A stretch of 64,000 bases of DNA from Escherichia phage Ecwhy_1. The position numbers and the translations under genes were made by a program. The stretch is taken from sequence record MH791411.1, one strand, 5' to 3'. The notes under the pieces were generated by a model. The model did no database searches. It saw only the letters and a list, made by a program, of their open reading frames with translations, and was not told the DNA's origin. This document shows, piece after piece, positions 1 to 9,665 of this stretch. Numbering within the stretch: position 1 is the first letter of the stretch; every line of letters starts with the position of its first letter.

Positions 1-195
1 AAAAATACAATGATAGCAATATGATAGACATACATCCACTTATTGTGTCCATGTTTATTACCATTCCTGAATTCTCGGTATAAACATTTAGTATGATTGT
101 ATAACACCACACAAATAAACACAACTATGAAACAAAAAATCCACTCGTAAACTATGTATGCCATCAGATATACTCTCTCTTTATAATTATTATTC

Positions 196-789
196 TCAGT
201 ATTTCAAAATATCAAACTCTGGACTAACACTTGTTACATTATCACTGACAATTTTGAAAATAGACTCAACACGTTCATGTAACTGAACATTGGTTTCTTC
301 TTGAACTTCAATATACGCTGACATGGATGCAATTGCATGATAAGTCCCACTTCCGACAGCAGTAATTTGTGTTTTAGGTTGCAGTACTGAAAAGTCTTCT
401 TGAACTTCATAAATCGTATGATTATGAAGAATAATGAACTGACCACCACCAACGTCTTGTGATGCATCACGAGCACCCCATTCATCTTTAAACATTTGAC
501 GAATGATAGGAATAACTTTCAGTACTAGATACTGTGAAAAGGTTTCCCCTGCAACTTGTTCTGGTAGAGTTAGGTTGTAATTCAACAACTGTCCCATGCG
601 GAACGAGGTAGTATACCCCAACGCCATTACTTCTTTAGTGCGAGAAAGACCATCCTCATTGAGTTTAATGAACTCTTTCTCAAATACTTTAGGCTCAGTT
701 TGAACTGCTTTAGTGAAACCATTGCTTCCTAATTTATCACCAGCGATGAAGGAAGATGTGCCATTTGTGTGAGCGATAATACAAGTCAT
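196..789 (-). CDS. HslV-like N-terminal-nucleophile (proteasome-type) peptidase
   Basis: Track ORF 196..858 trimmed to internal ATG at 787-789 so product begins M-T-C-I-I-A (Thr right after Met as in HslV); AVGSGT motif; revcomp upstream has AGGAG RBS. Confidence 0.7.
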   Translation of the reverse strand: MTCIIAHTNGTSSFIAGDKLGSNGFTKAVQTEPKVFEKEFIKLNEDGLSRTKEVMALGYTTSFRMGQLLNYNLTLPEQVAGETFSQYLVLKVIPIIRQMFKDEWGARDASQDVGGGQFIILHNHTIYEVQEDFSVLQPKTQITAVGSGTYHAIASMSAYIEVQEETNVQLHERVESIFKIVSDNVTSVSPEFDILKY

Positions 790-1046
790 GAAATAACTCC
801 TTGTGCAAAAAGGGCCGTATACAACCAGTATATCAACAACCCTAGTGTAAGTAAACATGCTCCATAAGAAATTGATAGAACATAGTAAATTCCTGCTTCT
901 AACTTGGATGAAAATTTGTGTGTACTGGAATCCATAAAACCACGTTTGTAGTCTTTATAGATGAAACATGTTAAAACTAATGTAATGCAATATACAATAG
1001 TTGTTGCATAAAAAACAAGAGATGTTAAGTTTTGTAAATTTGTCAT
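786..1046 (-). CDS. small hydrophobic (membrane) protein
   Basis: 86 aa ORF with two hydrophobic stretches; AGGAG 8 nt upstream of ATG; 4-nt overlap with downstream gene. Confidence 0.45.
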   Translation of the reverse strand: MTNLQNLTSLVFYATTIVYCITLVLTCFIYKDYKRGFMDSSTHKFSSKLEAGIYYVLSISYGACLLTLGLLIYWLYTALFAQGVIS

Positions 1047-1138
1047 AGTTTATACACTCCTAGTGTATGTGAACTTATAACAAAGGATGTACCACTTTAT
1101 CATCCTCTTATTATAATATTATTATTTTGTATCTAATA

Positions 1139-1747
1139 CTAATGAATGATACTACCTAATTCGAGCAACTGATCTGGTGTAAGTCTTACAACTTCATTAC
1201 CACGAACCTTACTAACCTCCACTAACAATTCTGGAGGAATACCATTCGCTGCATATAACGCAAATAGAACACCAACCTTAGTTGATAGCTGTTCAGCAAA
1301 AATAGTCATTTGGCGAACTGATATGTATGTGTCATCACTATTTCGTGCTTTACTTTCGATTGACACATTATGTAGACCTAGAATTGAGTCCTTCATCATG
1401 TATCTGTTTTCTATATTAGCACTAAAGAATGCGATAGTGCAAGAAGAATTACAATATCTTTCAACAATAATTGTTAAATTGTTATCATTGACAAAATTTC
1501 CTAGTGCCACTCCCGCATCAAAATCACCACCTGGTGACGTAATGATGATCGTGTCAAATGGGTGTGTTTCTCTAAAAACCATCAAACGGTTTACAGTATT
1601 TTCAGTTAAAGTTGAAATGAACTGAACTGTCTGTTTAGATTCATCATATCTAATGATACTTTTTCTTTCAACACCTGCACTTGCAGGAAAGTTAATTAAG
1701 AAAATAATAATAATAGATTGGATGATTTCTTTACATAATCGTACCAC
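1139..1747 (-). CDS. Clp-protease-superfamily (ClpP/SppA-like) serine peptidase with signal-peptide-like N-terminus
   Basis: 202 aa; ITSPGGDFDAG motif typical of ClpP/S49 fold; hydrophobic N-term ending ASAG; GTG start with AGAGGG RBS. Confidence 0.55.
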   Translation of the reverse strand: MVRLCKEIIQSIIIIFLINFPASAGVERKSIIRYDESKQTVQFISTLTENTVNRLMVFRETHPFDTIIITSPGGDFDAGVALGNFVNDNNLTIIVERYCNSSCTIAFFSANIENRYMMKDSILGLHNVSIESKARNSDDTYISVRQMTIFAEQLSTKVGVLFALYAANGIPPELLVEVSKVRGNEVVRLTPDQLLELGSIIH

Positions 1748-1787
1748 TGGTTAACCCTCTTAGTTGATTGTTGATTACATAAATAAT

Positions 1788-1814
1788 ATTATAGGAAGAT
1801 TTAACTTAAGTCAA
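1788..1814 (-). promoter_or_regulatory. sigma70-like promoter (TTGACT-N15-TATAAT on minus strand)
   Basis: Revcomp of 1788-1814 reads TTGACTtaagttaaatcttccTATAAT about 40 nt upstream of the 1747 start. Confidence 0.4.
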
Positions 1815-1882
1815 ATTGTTTTTTATATCACTTCACAAATTCCCTCGCAGAATCACCCCGCCTTTTTACCTTCTTTGGAATG

Positions 1883-1893
1883 ATTATATCACA
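1883..1893 (-). promoter_or_regulatory. extended -10 element TGTGATATAAT
   Basis: Revcomp of 1883-1893 is TGTGATATAAT; same 11-mer recurs upstream of clpP at 5409-5419. Confidence 0.3.
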
Positions 1894-2007
1894 CTAATGT
1901 ATAATGTCTATGCTTTTGTCAACAAATAACGTGGTAGTACTGAACTCGTTGTTGGTTCTAAGAGTTTTCCTGAAATTCAAACAAGTTGTGTACTAACAAA
2001 AGAAAAA

Positions 2008-2023
2008 GGAGCCTTATGGCTCC
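2008..2023. terminator. bidirectional intrinsic terminator hairpin
   Basis: GGAGCC-ttat-GGCTCC flanked by A-run (2002-2007) and T-run (2024-2030); immediately after stop of 2029..2295 gene. Confidence 0.55.
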
Positions 2024-2028
2024 TTTTT

Positions 2029-2295
2029 TTATTCTACCGTATTAAGTTTCTGACAAATCATGTCAGCTTCAACACGGTCTTTATAATAAATGGTAAAACC
2101 AAATTTACCAGTTACTTTATACTCTTTACAAGTTAAACAATTTACAATGTAGTACTTGTTGTTTTGTGCTGAAAATCGTACTTCATGATTACGCATCACT
2201 GGTGGAGTAGTATTATCATTTAATACCATCATCACTAAAAGTACAAGAATCACAACTGCAAATGGAATACCTAAAATCAAGAAAGTCAAAGTCAC
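2029..2295 (-). CDS. small membrane protein
   Basis: 88 aa; N-terminal 25-residue hydrophobic helix. Confidence 0.45.
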   Translation of the reverse strand: MTLTFLILGIPFAVVILVLLVMMVLNDNTTPPVMRNHEVRFSAQNNKYYIVNCLTCKEYKVTGKFGFTIYYKDRVEADMICQKLNTVE

Positions 2296-2768
2296 AACCC
2301 CTTATCATAAATGCAATTTACAATAATCCCAGCATCTTCCAGTACTTTAATAGCTTCTGGTGGAGTGCGAGGATAACTTTTGTGATAAATCACACGAGCA
2401 ATACCACTTCCCGCGATCAACTTAGAACAAGTATAGCATGGTTGTAGCGTTGTGTAAAGTGTTGCTCCCTGACGTTCAGTAGGTGAACTGTATAACAATG
2501 CATTCATTTCAGCATGGATTTCATGGATATTACTCCATTCATGGTGTTCATGCTTTGCGTCATCGCTAACCCAGTCTTGGAAACGTCCACCATTAACTAA
2601 GTGCTCATTAGCGTCACAGCAGTTAGGTTGTTTAGATGGAGTGCCATTATAACCAGTACTCAATACTCGGTTATTTTTAACAATAACACAACCAACTTTC
2701 TGTGAAATGCATTTACTCTCTTCAGCCACGACTTCGGCTATCTTCAACCACGTCAAGTGTTTCATCAT
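2292..2768 (-). CDS. dCMP deaminase (cytidine/deoxycytidylate deaminase family)
   Basis: 158 aa; zinc-binding H-A-E-x-N-A-L and P-C-x-x-C motifs. Confidence 0.85.
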   Translation of the reverse strand: MMKHLTWLKIAEVVAEESKCISQKVGCVIVKNNRVLSTGYNGTPSKQPNCCDANEHLVNGGRFQDWVSDDAKHEHHEWSNIHEIHAEMNALLYSSPTERQGATLYTTLQPCYTCSKLIAGSGIARVIYHKSYPRTPPEAIKVLEDAGIIVNCIYDKGL

Positions 2769-3249
2769 ATACTCCTAGGGATTGTAATTTGGCTTTACAG
2801 TTCGAATGTATTTTAAGAATACGAAGGTAGTTTAGCACATCTGATTCTTCAATGTCAAATGGTTTCGCTGCATAAACGTCCCATGCTCCCATTAATTCTG
2901 TACAGAACTTGATATCACCCGAACCCAGCAACTTGTCACGGAATTGTTTAAACTCGATTTCTTCATCGGATAATGAAAAACCCAAATCCATAAAGCACAT
3001 ACCACCAGCACTGAAGCATGACCCAGATGATGTACCAATTAAAATATCATCCATCCCATATAAGCCGTAAAAAATATTGGAGTACCAAGTACTAAGTTTA
3101 CTTCGGTGATGATATTTAAGAACATTCTTCTTGATATTTACATCTAATGAATTAGCTGTTGATATCACTTTTTTGGTTAAAATAATAGTTTTGTTCAAAT
3201 TACTCAACCATACTTTAGTATCAGTTGGGCTAAGAGCAGTGTATTTCAT
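2722..3249 (-). CDS. hypothetical protein
   Basis: 175 aa ORF in co-directional chain; GTSSGS motif only; 47-nt overlap with downstream gene. Confidence 0.45.
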   Translation of the reverse strand: MKYTALSPTDTKVWLSNLNKTIILTKKVISTANSLDVNIKKNVLKYHHRSKLSTWYSNIFYGLYGMDDILIGTSSGSCFSAGGMCFMDLGFSLSDEEIEFKQFRDKLLGSGDIKFCTELMGAWDVYAAKPFDIEESDVLNYLRILKIHSNCKAKLQSLGVYDETLDVVEDSRSRG

Positions 3250-3250
3250 G

Positions 3251-3775
3251 TTAATCCTCTAAATTCCATTCATCAACCATAGTTGAGCATAATTCCATGT
3301 GTCGGAAATATTTCTCATTAAGTGAATATGGACTCTTATAAAATTGTCGTACATCAGTGAATATATCATAGTTTCTATATATAAATGACATATTTTTATT
3401 CATGAATTCTATAATCTTCCATAACTTTTCTGTATCGTTTTGTATAGTTTCTGCACTCAATCCCGTCAATTTCATTAGACGCTTGATTTTGAAGCCTGAC
3501 TCTATTGACGTATTATTATGCTTAGTTAAGTAACTATAGCCGATAGAACTCTGTATTAGTTCGATACTATCAGTACTAGTTATTGTTCCTAGAAATGATT
3601 TTAAATTTCTATTCAACCAATACCATTTTTTGTTCTTGTTATAGCAAGAATACCACTTTTTAACTATAGCTATTGCCTCTGAATTTAAACTTTCGGCAAA
3701 TTCATCAATTAAAAACATGTGATTGAAAAATAAATCACTTTGATCTTCAGATAATTTATATTGCTGCATATCCAC
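3251..3775 (-). CDS. hypothetical protein
   Basis: 174 aa ORF in co-directional chain. Confidence 0.5.
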   Translation of the reverse strand: MDMQQYKLSEDQSDLFFNHMFLIDEFAESLNSEAIAIVKKWYSCYNKNKKWYWLNRNLKSFLGTITSTDSIELIQSSIGYSYLTKHNNTSIESGFKIKRLMKLTGLSAETIQNDTEKLWKIIEFMNKNMSFIYRNYDIFTDVRQFYKSPYSLNEKYFRHMELCSTMVDEWNLED

Positions 3776-3850
3776 CTACCCTATTAACAATTACACCTTG
3801 GGTATTTACCTCGTATGGATCAATTTTTGATCAATAATTTTTGATATGCA

Positions 3851-3881
3851 GCAAATAAAATGGGAATCATGAAAGATTCCC
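3851..3881 (-). terminator. intrinsic terminator
   Basis: Minus-strand hairpin GGGAATC-tttcat-GATTCCC followed by ATTTTATTTGC; directly after stop of 3889..4335. Confidence 0.45.
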
Positions 3882-3888
3882 TAAGTAA

Positions 3889-4335
3889 TTATTTCTGGAA
3901 TGGAGTGTACTGGTACTGCTCACAATCAGATACAGTTAGTACACCTTCATCATAACCGTACTGGAGAATAAGATCAAATGCTTTATCAACCATAGCTACA
4001 ACGTCTTTGTAACGAACGATGGTATGTGCCTGTTTCTCAACTGCTTTCATAATACCCATCAACATCCAGCGACCTTCATCAGTGTGAAGTTTAGCAAAAC
4101 GAGGACGTTTAGTTGCTGCCATAATGTCAGTCCATTCTGCTTTAAACACTGATGGACGTTTAGGAATATCATACAGAGTTGTTGGGAATGTTACGTTGTT
4201 TTTCTTCATAGCTTCAGCTTGTGCAGCACGATAACCTTGACGGAATAGTGGGTGCTGTGATTTTAGCTGTTCATTGTTAAAAACTACTTTGTTTTTAAAC
4301 GCGGCAGAACCTTCTTTGTATTGTGCATTAGACAT
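3889..4335 (-). CDS. hypothetical protein
   Basis: Track ORF trimmed to ATG at 4333-4335 (MSNAQYKEG) preceded by GAGGGGAAAGAATAAT. Confidence 0.5.
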   Translation of the reverse strand: MSNAQYKEGSAAFKNKVVFNNEQLKSQHPLFRQGYRAAQAEAMKKNNVTFPTTLYDIPKRPSVFKAEWTDIMAATKRPRFAKLHTDEGRWMLMGIMKAVEKQAHTIVRYKDVVAMVDKAFDLILQYGYDEGVLTVSDCEQYQYTPFQK

Positions 4336-4336
4336 A

Positions 4337-4666
4337 TTATTCTTTCCCCTCGTCAGTACTGATGAATTTTTTATCTGAGAATGTGCCATGTTCTTGACGC
4401 ATAGCTTCTGCGTGTTGAACTGCGTTAATTGGATTAATGTTCTTTTTAATAAGAACTTCTTGCATTAGTTCGAGAACAATAGAAAAACCATTGAGTACTC
4501 GTTCTGCCTCGTCAACACCTTTCAATTCAATAGCCACTGCACTAATCTGATCTAATGCGGTATTAATAAACTCTGAATCATCTAACACATCATTGACTTC
4601 AGTATTATTACGTACAAGAACTTTCATATAATCTCCAGAAATAAGATGCCCCAAATGAGGCATCAA
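4337..4666 (-). CDS. hypothetical protein
   Basis: 109 aa ORF in chain. Confidence 0.5.
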   Translation of the reverse strand: MMPHLGHLISGDYMKVLVRNNTEVNDVLDDSEFINTALDQISAVAIELKGVDEAERVLNGFSIVLELMQEVLIKKNINPINAVQHAEAMRQEHGTFSDKKFISTDEGKE

Positions 4667-4678
4667 ATGAAATTCAAA

Positions 4679-5374
4679 TTAGACCCACTCTTCCACGCCA
4701 CCGCGACGTTTGACGAGATACTTACCTTCTTCGTTGCGTGGACCAAGGATGATACCATCAATGAAACCATGTTCACCGTATTCGAGTGCTTCTTCAGCGT
4801 TCAACCACAGGTCACGATCCGCATCTTTCAGTAGTTGTTCGTGTGATACACCAACTGCTTCAGCAATTTCTTTAGTCAGTAGTGTGTTCAATGCATCAGA
4901 GTGTTTCAAGGAAATCTTCTGATCAGTAATCAGACCCTGAGTACCGGAACTTACTTGGTGACACATGAAGTAAGAACGCTTCCCGCCTAGACGGAAACCT
5001 TTAGTACCAACTACTGATTGTGTATAGCAACCCATTGATGCTGCATAACCCATTACTACTGTACGGATAGGAGATACACAAGACTTAGCAATGTCAGCGA
5101 TACCTAAACCTGCGTGTACTGAACCACCAGGAGAACTAATGTAGAAGGTAATTGGTTCAGAACCCTGAGAATCCAACCACACCAATTGTTGCTTGATGAT
5201 ATGTGCCATTTGGTCATTGAAGTCAGTATCAAGGAAAATGATACGGTCTTGCATCATACGAGATGCTAGATCATAAGTACGTTCTGCACCATTAACTTTT
5301 TCAACTACATAAGGAATAGAAATGTCGCGAACTTCACCACCAGCATAACCACCAAAATTGAATTGTTCAACCAT
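4679..5374 (-). CDS. clpP: ATP-dependent Clp protease proteolytic subunit ClpP
   Basis: 231 aa; YISSPGGSV, MGYAASMG (Ser nucleophile), downstream His and Asp; collinear with bacterial ClpP; AGAGGAAAATAACA RBS. Confidence 0.9.
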   Translation of the reverse strand: MVEQFNFGGYAGGEVRDISIPYVVEKVNGAERTYDLASRMMQDRIIFLDTDFNDQMAHIIKQQLVWLDSQGSEPITFYISSPGGSVHAGLGIADIAKSCVSPIRTVVMGYAASMGCYTQSVVGTKGFRLGGKRSYFMCHQVSSGTQGLITDQKISLKHSDALNTLLTKEIAEAVGVSHEQLLKDADRDLWLNAEEALEYGEHGFIDGIILGPRNEEGKYLVKRRGGVEEWV

Positions 5375-5408
5375 TGTTATTTTCCTCTATTGTTTCATTG
5401 ATGTGAGT

Positions 5409-5440
5409 ATTATATCACAGTGTTCGTATTTGTCTACAAG
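5409..5440 (-). promoter_or_regulatory. sigma70-like promoter with extended -10 (CTTGTAG ... TGTGATATAAT)
   Basis: Revcomp of 5409-5440 = cttgtagacaaatacgaacacTGTGATATAAT, about 35 nt upstream of clpP start. Confidence 0.4.
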
Positions 5441-5817
5441 TTTCTTAAAAAATCGAGTAAACCGCAAATTGTATGTTTATTAAACATATCGTGGTCAATC
5501 TTTAACAACTTAACCATAGCATTATCATACACCGTAGAGTCGGTAATGTCAAACAAAGAATTTGTGTAATAACGTTCATTTTCTACATAAATGTATAATT
5601 CATTTGATTTGTCAAGATCTTCATAGAAGTTAGCATCAAAGTACTCTGCATTTCCATCAATCCAAACCTCAACTGAATCATCATCTAAGCAGTAGTTTCT
5701 TGCTTCTTTTGAATATATTTCCAGCTTTCTGGCTGCACTGGAGTAATGTTTATAACCATTAATTACGTACTTTATTTCATCATTGTACTCAATTACATAC
5801 ACAACGATATTTTCCAT
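5434..5817 (-). CDS. hypothetical protein
   Basis: 127 aa ORF. Confidence 0.5.
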   Translation of the reverse strand: MENIVVYVIEYNDEIKYVINGYKHYSSAARKLEIYSKEARNYCLDDDSVEVWIDGNAEYFDANFYEDLDKSNELYIYVENERYYTNSLFDITDSTVYDNAMVKLLKIDHDMFNKHTICGLLDFLRNL

Positions 5818-6212
5818 CAGTACACCCCTATTGACGCAAGAGCATGAAGAAATTCATATCGTATACCAACTGGGATGTCATCAAAATCAATCTCAATCAT
5901 TCTTAGTGAATTTGAAAATTGTTCGTATTTAAAGAACGTATTAATTGATAAAGTACTGAATGGTAACACATCACCACGACTATCATCATGTACAAGAACA
6001 TACACCTTTCCCACAAATGAATCCAAATCGTCTGCTTGTCTTACATCACTGGTGAAGTTATACCTATCTTTCATCACAGTGCCAGTACCATCAGGATTGT
6101 AGTATTGGGTTTTATCACAAGAGTATAGTATACGCATACCCCATCGTCGATACAAATGACAGCTACCCAATATAACAAGCATTTTGTCTTTTATATGCAA
6201 TGTATATATCAT
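5817..6212 (-). CDS. hypothetical protein
   Basis: 131 aa ORF. Confidence 0.5.
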   Translation of the reverse strand: MIYTLHIKDKMLVILGSCHLYRRWGMRILYSCDKTQYYNPDGTGTVMKDRYNFTSDVRQADDLDSFVGKVYVLVHDDSRGDVLPFSTLSINTFFKYEQFSNSLRMIEIDFDDIPVGIRYEFLHALASIGVY

Positions 6213-6221
6213 AGTAATTCC

Positions 6222-7013
6222 TTAGATTTCAAATACAAATTTAGGATCGTAATCGAAGTTCTCACATGCACCACTGTAAGATTCATAACCTCTTGGATTA
6301 CAAATGATACGAGTTTTCCCAATGTTGTAGTCAAAGCTACTATGAACGTGACCATGAATCCAAACATCAGCACCCAAATCTTCGATGTACTGGTCCATAT
6401 CAGAACAATAACATCCATTCAGTGAGTCATTCTTGTATCTCGGAGATACACTCTGATAACTTGGTGCATGATGTGTTACCACCACAACCTTGAAATCATT
6501 ATCATTCATTAGACGAACTGTGTTAACTGAATTTTTGATAAATTGTTTATCCTGATGATGCATGAACTCAACATCATCAGGTTTGAGCTTACGTTTCCAC
6601 GGTTCTGATGTTGTTCCATGACGAATGTGTTTATAATCATTCATCTTTTGTTGAGCATCAAACTTAACCAGTGCGTTGCCTTTATCAAAGTCAGTCCACA
6701 GTGTACTACCAACCAGCAGTACACCATCCAGCCATACAAATTTGTTTTGCAAAAAGATGAAATTTGGAATCTCATCTTGCATATCGGACAGTACTTTATT
6801 AGTCTTGTGAATGTTTGAACCGTAGTACTCATGATTACCAGGAACCAGTACTACATTCTTGAACTGCTTGCACAGGGATTCGATGCCAGTACGATAACGA
6901 CTACGTTTAACTTCATCAAAATCCCCAGCAATAATCAGTACTGTATCACTGTAATCACCACTATGGAGGTAATCAGTGCCACCGTGTACGTCTGACGTTA
7001 CAACAAATTTCAT
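6222..7013 (-). CDS. calcineurin-like metallophosphoesterase
   Basis: 263 aa; D-V-H-G, G-D-F-D and G-N-H-E metal-binding motifs in canonical order. Confidence 0.75.
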   Translation of the reverse strand: MKFVVTSDVHGGTDYLHSGDYSDTVLIIAGDFDEVKRSRYRTGIESLCKQFKNVVLVPGNHEYYGSNIHKTNKVLSDMQDEIPNFIFLQNKFVWLDGVLLVGSTLWTDFDKGNALVKFDAQQKMNDYKHIRHGTTSEPWKRKLKPDDVEFMHHQDKQFIKNSVNTVRLMNDNDFKVVVVTHHAPSYQSVSPRYKNDSLNGCYCSDMDQYIEDLGADVWIHGHVHSSFDYNIGKTRIICNPRGYESYSGACENFDYDPKFVFEI

Positions 7014-7032
7014 AATTACCTCCTATAAATGA

Positions 7033-8451
7033 TTAACCGAGTGATTCAAGAATACTATTAGAGAACACCTCAACAGCACTATCACGAATTTCTAAGATAC
7101 GAGTATAGTCGTCACAGGTGTTTTTGTCAAATCTAAATTCAATAAACACTGGTAAAAATAGTGATGGCTCGCCAGTTCGCTTATCGAACACAATATCATT
7201 GCACTCTACTGTCACTACTTGACCAATGAGTTCTTGCATTCTTTCCCAAATGGTTTTAAACGTCCATTCTGCGTCTTTCTCTTTAATTCCAGTGCCTACA
7301 TTAACTTTCAATGTACCACAAGCACTTTCCAGTTGTAAAGAACCAAGGCTACCTTTACGCTTACCTTCACCTTCATTGAAACCAACAATACGCAAGTCCA
7401 ATTGCATTTTAAGTTTCATTTTCAACTGCTTAGGAGAAGTGTGAGATTTCCAGATACCATCTTCACATTTCAGTACTGAACCCTCTTCACCTTCGTTCAT
7501 TAGTTCACTATTGTACTCAAATGCTTCTTTGATGTTTAGAACTTTACGGAATCCAACCATACGAACAAAATCACTACCGAGTTCGTTAATTGCATCTACT
7601 AAGATCTCGCGGCGTTCTTTGCGTTTTACATTCCATACACCTTCACAAAATGCATCATATGGAACAACATCCCAGAGAACGAATACAGTACGCATTGCTT
7701 CATTCTGACTGATGCTATCTTTACCAGCTTTCTGAATGATACCGTTACCAGTAGTGCGTGGGAGAATGGTTTCTCCATCATTGTCCAGTACTACACCTTC
7801 ACCCATAAAGACTACACCACTACTAAAACGTTCATCTTTACTTTGGATAATGTGAGCAAGACCTGCCATCTCACCATCACGACAACCTAGGAAGTCGTAT
7901 AGTTTACCATTACGGGATGTAGAAGTTAATGAACCATTAATGACAACGTGGTTCAAGTACTGACCATCCATTTTAACTTCTGATATAGCATAACCATAAT
8001 CTTTGAAGTTAATGTTCTTTGCAGTCTTTTTGTCAATCAAAGAACAACGCATGTATGGTTCGTCTTTGATGAAACCTTTCCCGAACACATCATTACAGTT
8101 CTTTTCTTGGATACCACAATCAAGGTTCTTCGTGAGCATTTTACGAAGAACTTCTTGGTCATCTTCTGATACAGAACCCAGTACTGAAGCAATGAAGTCA
8201 CGTCCAGCATTTCCGGTCACACCACGTTTGTAAATGCATTCTAGCTTATCAATTGCTTCGTCTAATGTCATATGTTGGTATAGATCATCAGCTTGTGGTA
8301 GCTTTTTATATCCACTTACAATTGAAGGGTCTAGTGTATATTTCAGTACTTTTTGTAATGTTTGATTATCTTTGTTTTGTTCAAGGATAGCTTTTTTACC
8401 CAGAGTACTGCTAGTATTTTTAATGCTTTCAAGAATTGCTAAAATGCTCAT
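7033..8451 (-). CDS. ATP-dependent DNA ligase
   Basis: 472 aa; adenylation motif I K-M-D-G, later G-E-G-V-V-L motif; size matches T4-type DNA ligase. Confidence 0.8.
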   Translation of the reverse strand: MSILAILESIKNTSSTLGKKAILEQNKDNQTLQKVLKYTLDPSIVSGYKKLPQADDLYQHMTLDEAIDKLECIYKRGVTGNAGRDFIASVLGSVSEDDQEVLRKMLTKNLDCGIQEKNCNDVFGKGFIKDEPYMRCSLIDKKTAKNINFKDYGYAISEVKMDGQYLNHVVINGSLTSTSRNGKLYDFLGCRDGEMAGLAHIIQSKDERFSSGVVFMGEGVVLDNDGETILPRTTGNGIIQKAGKDSISQNEAMRTVFVLWDVVPYDAFCEGVWNVKRKERREILVDAINELGSDFVRMVGFRKVLNIKEAFEYNSELMNEGEEGSVLKCEDGIWKSHTSPKQLKMKLKMQLDLRIVGFNEGEGKRKGSLGSLQLESACGTLKVNVGTGIKEKDAEWTFKTIWERMQELIGQVVTVECNDIVFDKRTGEPSLFLPVFIEFRFDKNTCDDYTRILEIRDSAVEVFSNSILESLG

Positions 8452-8462
8452 TGTATATTCCC

Positions 8463-9665
8463 TTATAGATAATACTTTCCAATGTAAAGTTTATTACTTA
8501 GTGATAGCTGGACGTGACAAGGTTTTTCTTGGTAGTAACGAGTTGATGCTGTTTTATTTTCAGTTGGTGGGAAGAAAGGAGAACGGTATCCATTCCATGT
8601 ACCAAATGATACATGTTCGTTTAAATCCACATCCATTGTCATAATACCATTAGCATCAATTTCAACTGGATACGCACTGTATCGTTCAAATACATCAGTG
8701 TATTGAAGAATATAATCACCATTGCGACCATAATAACTTCTGGTTGTATTGTTCTTTACACCAAAGAAAACACGATATGCCTGTTCATCAACTTTACACA
8801 TGAACGGTACGTTCTCATTGAATCGTCCATTACTCATTATATCATCAGGATTGATTTCTTCGTACTTTACTTTCAAATCTTGTGCTTTAAACGACTTATC
8901 ACTTATCAGTACTGGAATATTGCTTTCACATAATGGGTTACTGCGATTTCGTTGGATATTTTGCCAAAATGCATTAGCTTTAACAATTTCATCTTGAACT
9001 GTAGTTTTTACATTCAGTGCAGCACTTGGTTCTAACGCATAAGTTTCAAGACGAGCATTAAGAGCATATGTCCCACGAGTAGTATTATATACTAAGTGAT
9101 ACTTGGAACTCTTATCAGAAAATGAAAACTCTTTAGTTTTCTTGATACAAATAGCATTTACTTTACCACAATAATAGTAATCTTCCTTATTGTGTCTAAA
9201 ACCATCACCCACTTTCAATTTAGAAACAACTTCTTTTTGATGTTCTTTCTTATTCTCCTTCTCAACCAATTTAGCAAAGGTTTTAGTTTTACCGTTAATT
9301 AGTTCTAAACTATTATTAAAGAACATAGGTTCAACAAATACACCCTTAACAATATCATTGTTGATGATAAGGTCGTTCATGTTTTTAGCACTCACCAAGA
9401 ACTCGAAACCTTCAGGGTGACGTATGGTGAAGTATGTTTCGCGAGCATGAACAGTGAGCTTATGTACCACAGAAAACCCAATTGTAGGCACATTATCAAT
9501 CCATAGTGAAGGTAGATTGTTTTTCTTAGCCCAGTACTCGGCCTTTTCTTTTTTAGTCTCAAACGCTTTTGTGTGTGATTTTGTGGCATCTATAATGTAA
9601 CCAGTAACTTGGTTATGATTTACATATGAACGAGCCACAAATAACTTCTCTGGAAAATCCATCAA
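8463..9665 (-). CDS. hypothetical protein (400 aa)
   Basis: Long uninterrupted ORF; no motif recognised. Confidence 0.55.
   Translation of the reverse strand: MMDFPEKLFVARSYVNHNQVTGYIIDATKSHTKAFETKKEKAEYWAKKNNLPSLWIDNVPTIGFSVVHKLTVHARETYFTIRHPEGFEFLVSAKNMNDLIINNDIVKGVFVEPMFFNNSLELINGKTKTFAKLVEKENKKEHQKEVVSKLKVGDGFRHNKEDYYYCGKVNAICIKKTKEFSFSDKSSKYHLVYNTTRGTYALNARLETYALEPSAALNVKTTVQDEIVKANAFWQNIQRNRSNPLCESNIPVLISDKSFKAQDLKVKYEEINPDDIMSNGRFNENVPFMCKVDEQAYRVFFGVKNNTTRSYYGRNGDYILQYTDVFERYSAYPVEIDANGIMTMDVDLNEHVSFGTWNGYRSPFFPPTENKTASTRYYQEKPCHVQLSLSNKLYIGKYYL

Noticed and set aside
1323-1625. Plus-strand ORFs from the six-frame track (for example 1323..1625, 4710..4922, 7226..7444, 8003..8233, 12257..12586, 19890..20285, 29229..29444, 47015..47434)
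   Set aside because: All lie antisense inside longer minus-strand ORFs that carry recognisable motifs or family signatures. They have no RBS I could find and low-complexity, Cys/Phe-rich translations typical of shadow ORFs in AT-rich DNA.
1139-1747. Calling the Clp-superfamily peptidases prohead (capsid maturation) proteases
   Set aside because: No portal, scaffold, capsid or terminase genes in the neighbourhood. The 4679..5374 protein is collinear with cellular ClpP rather than the shorter phage prohead type. Left as general peptidases.
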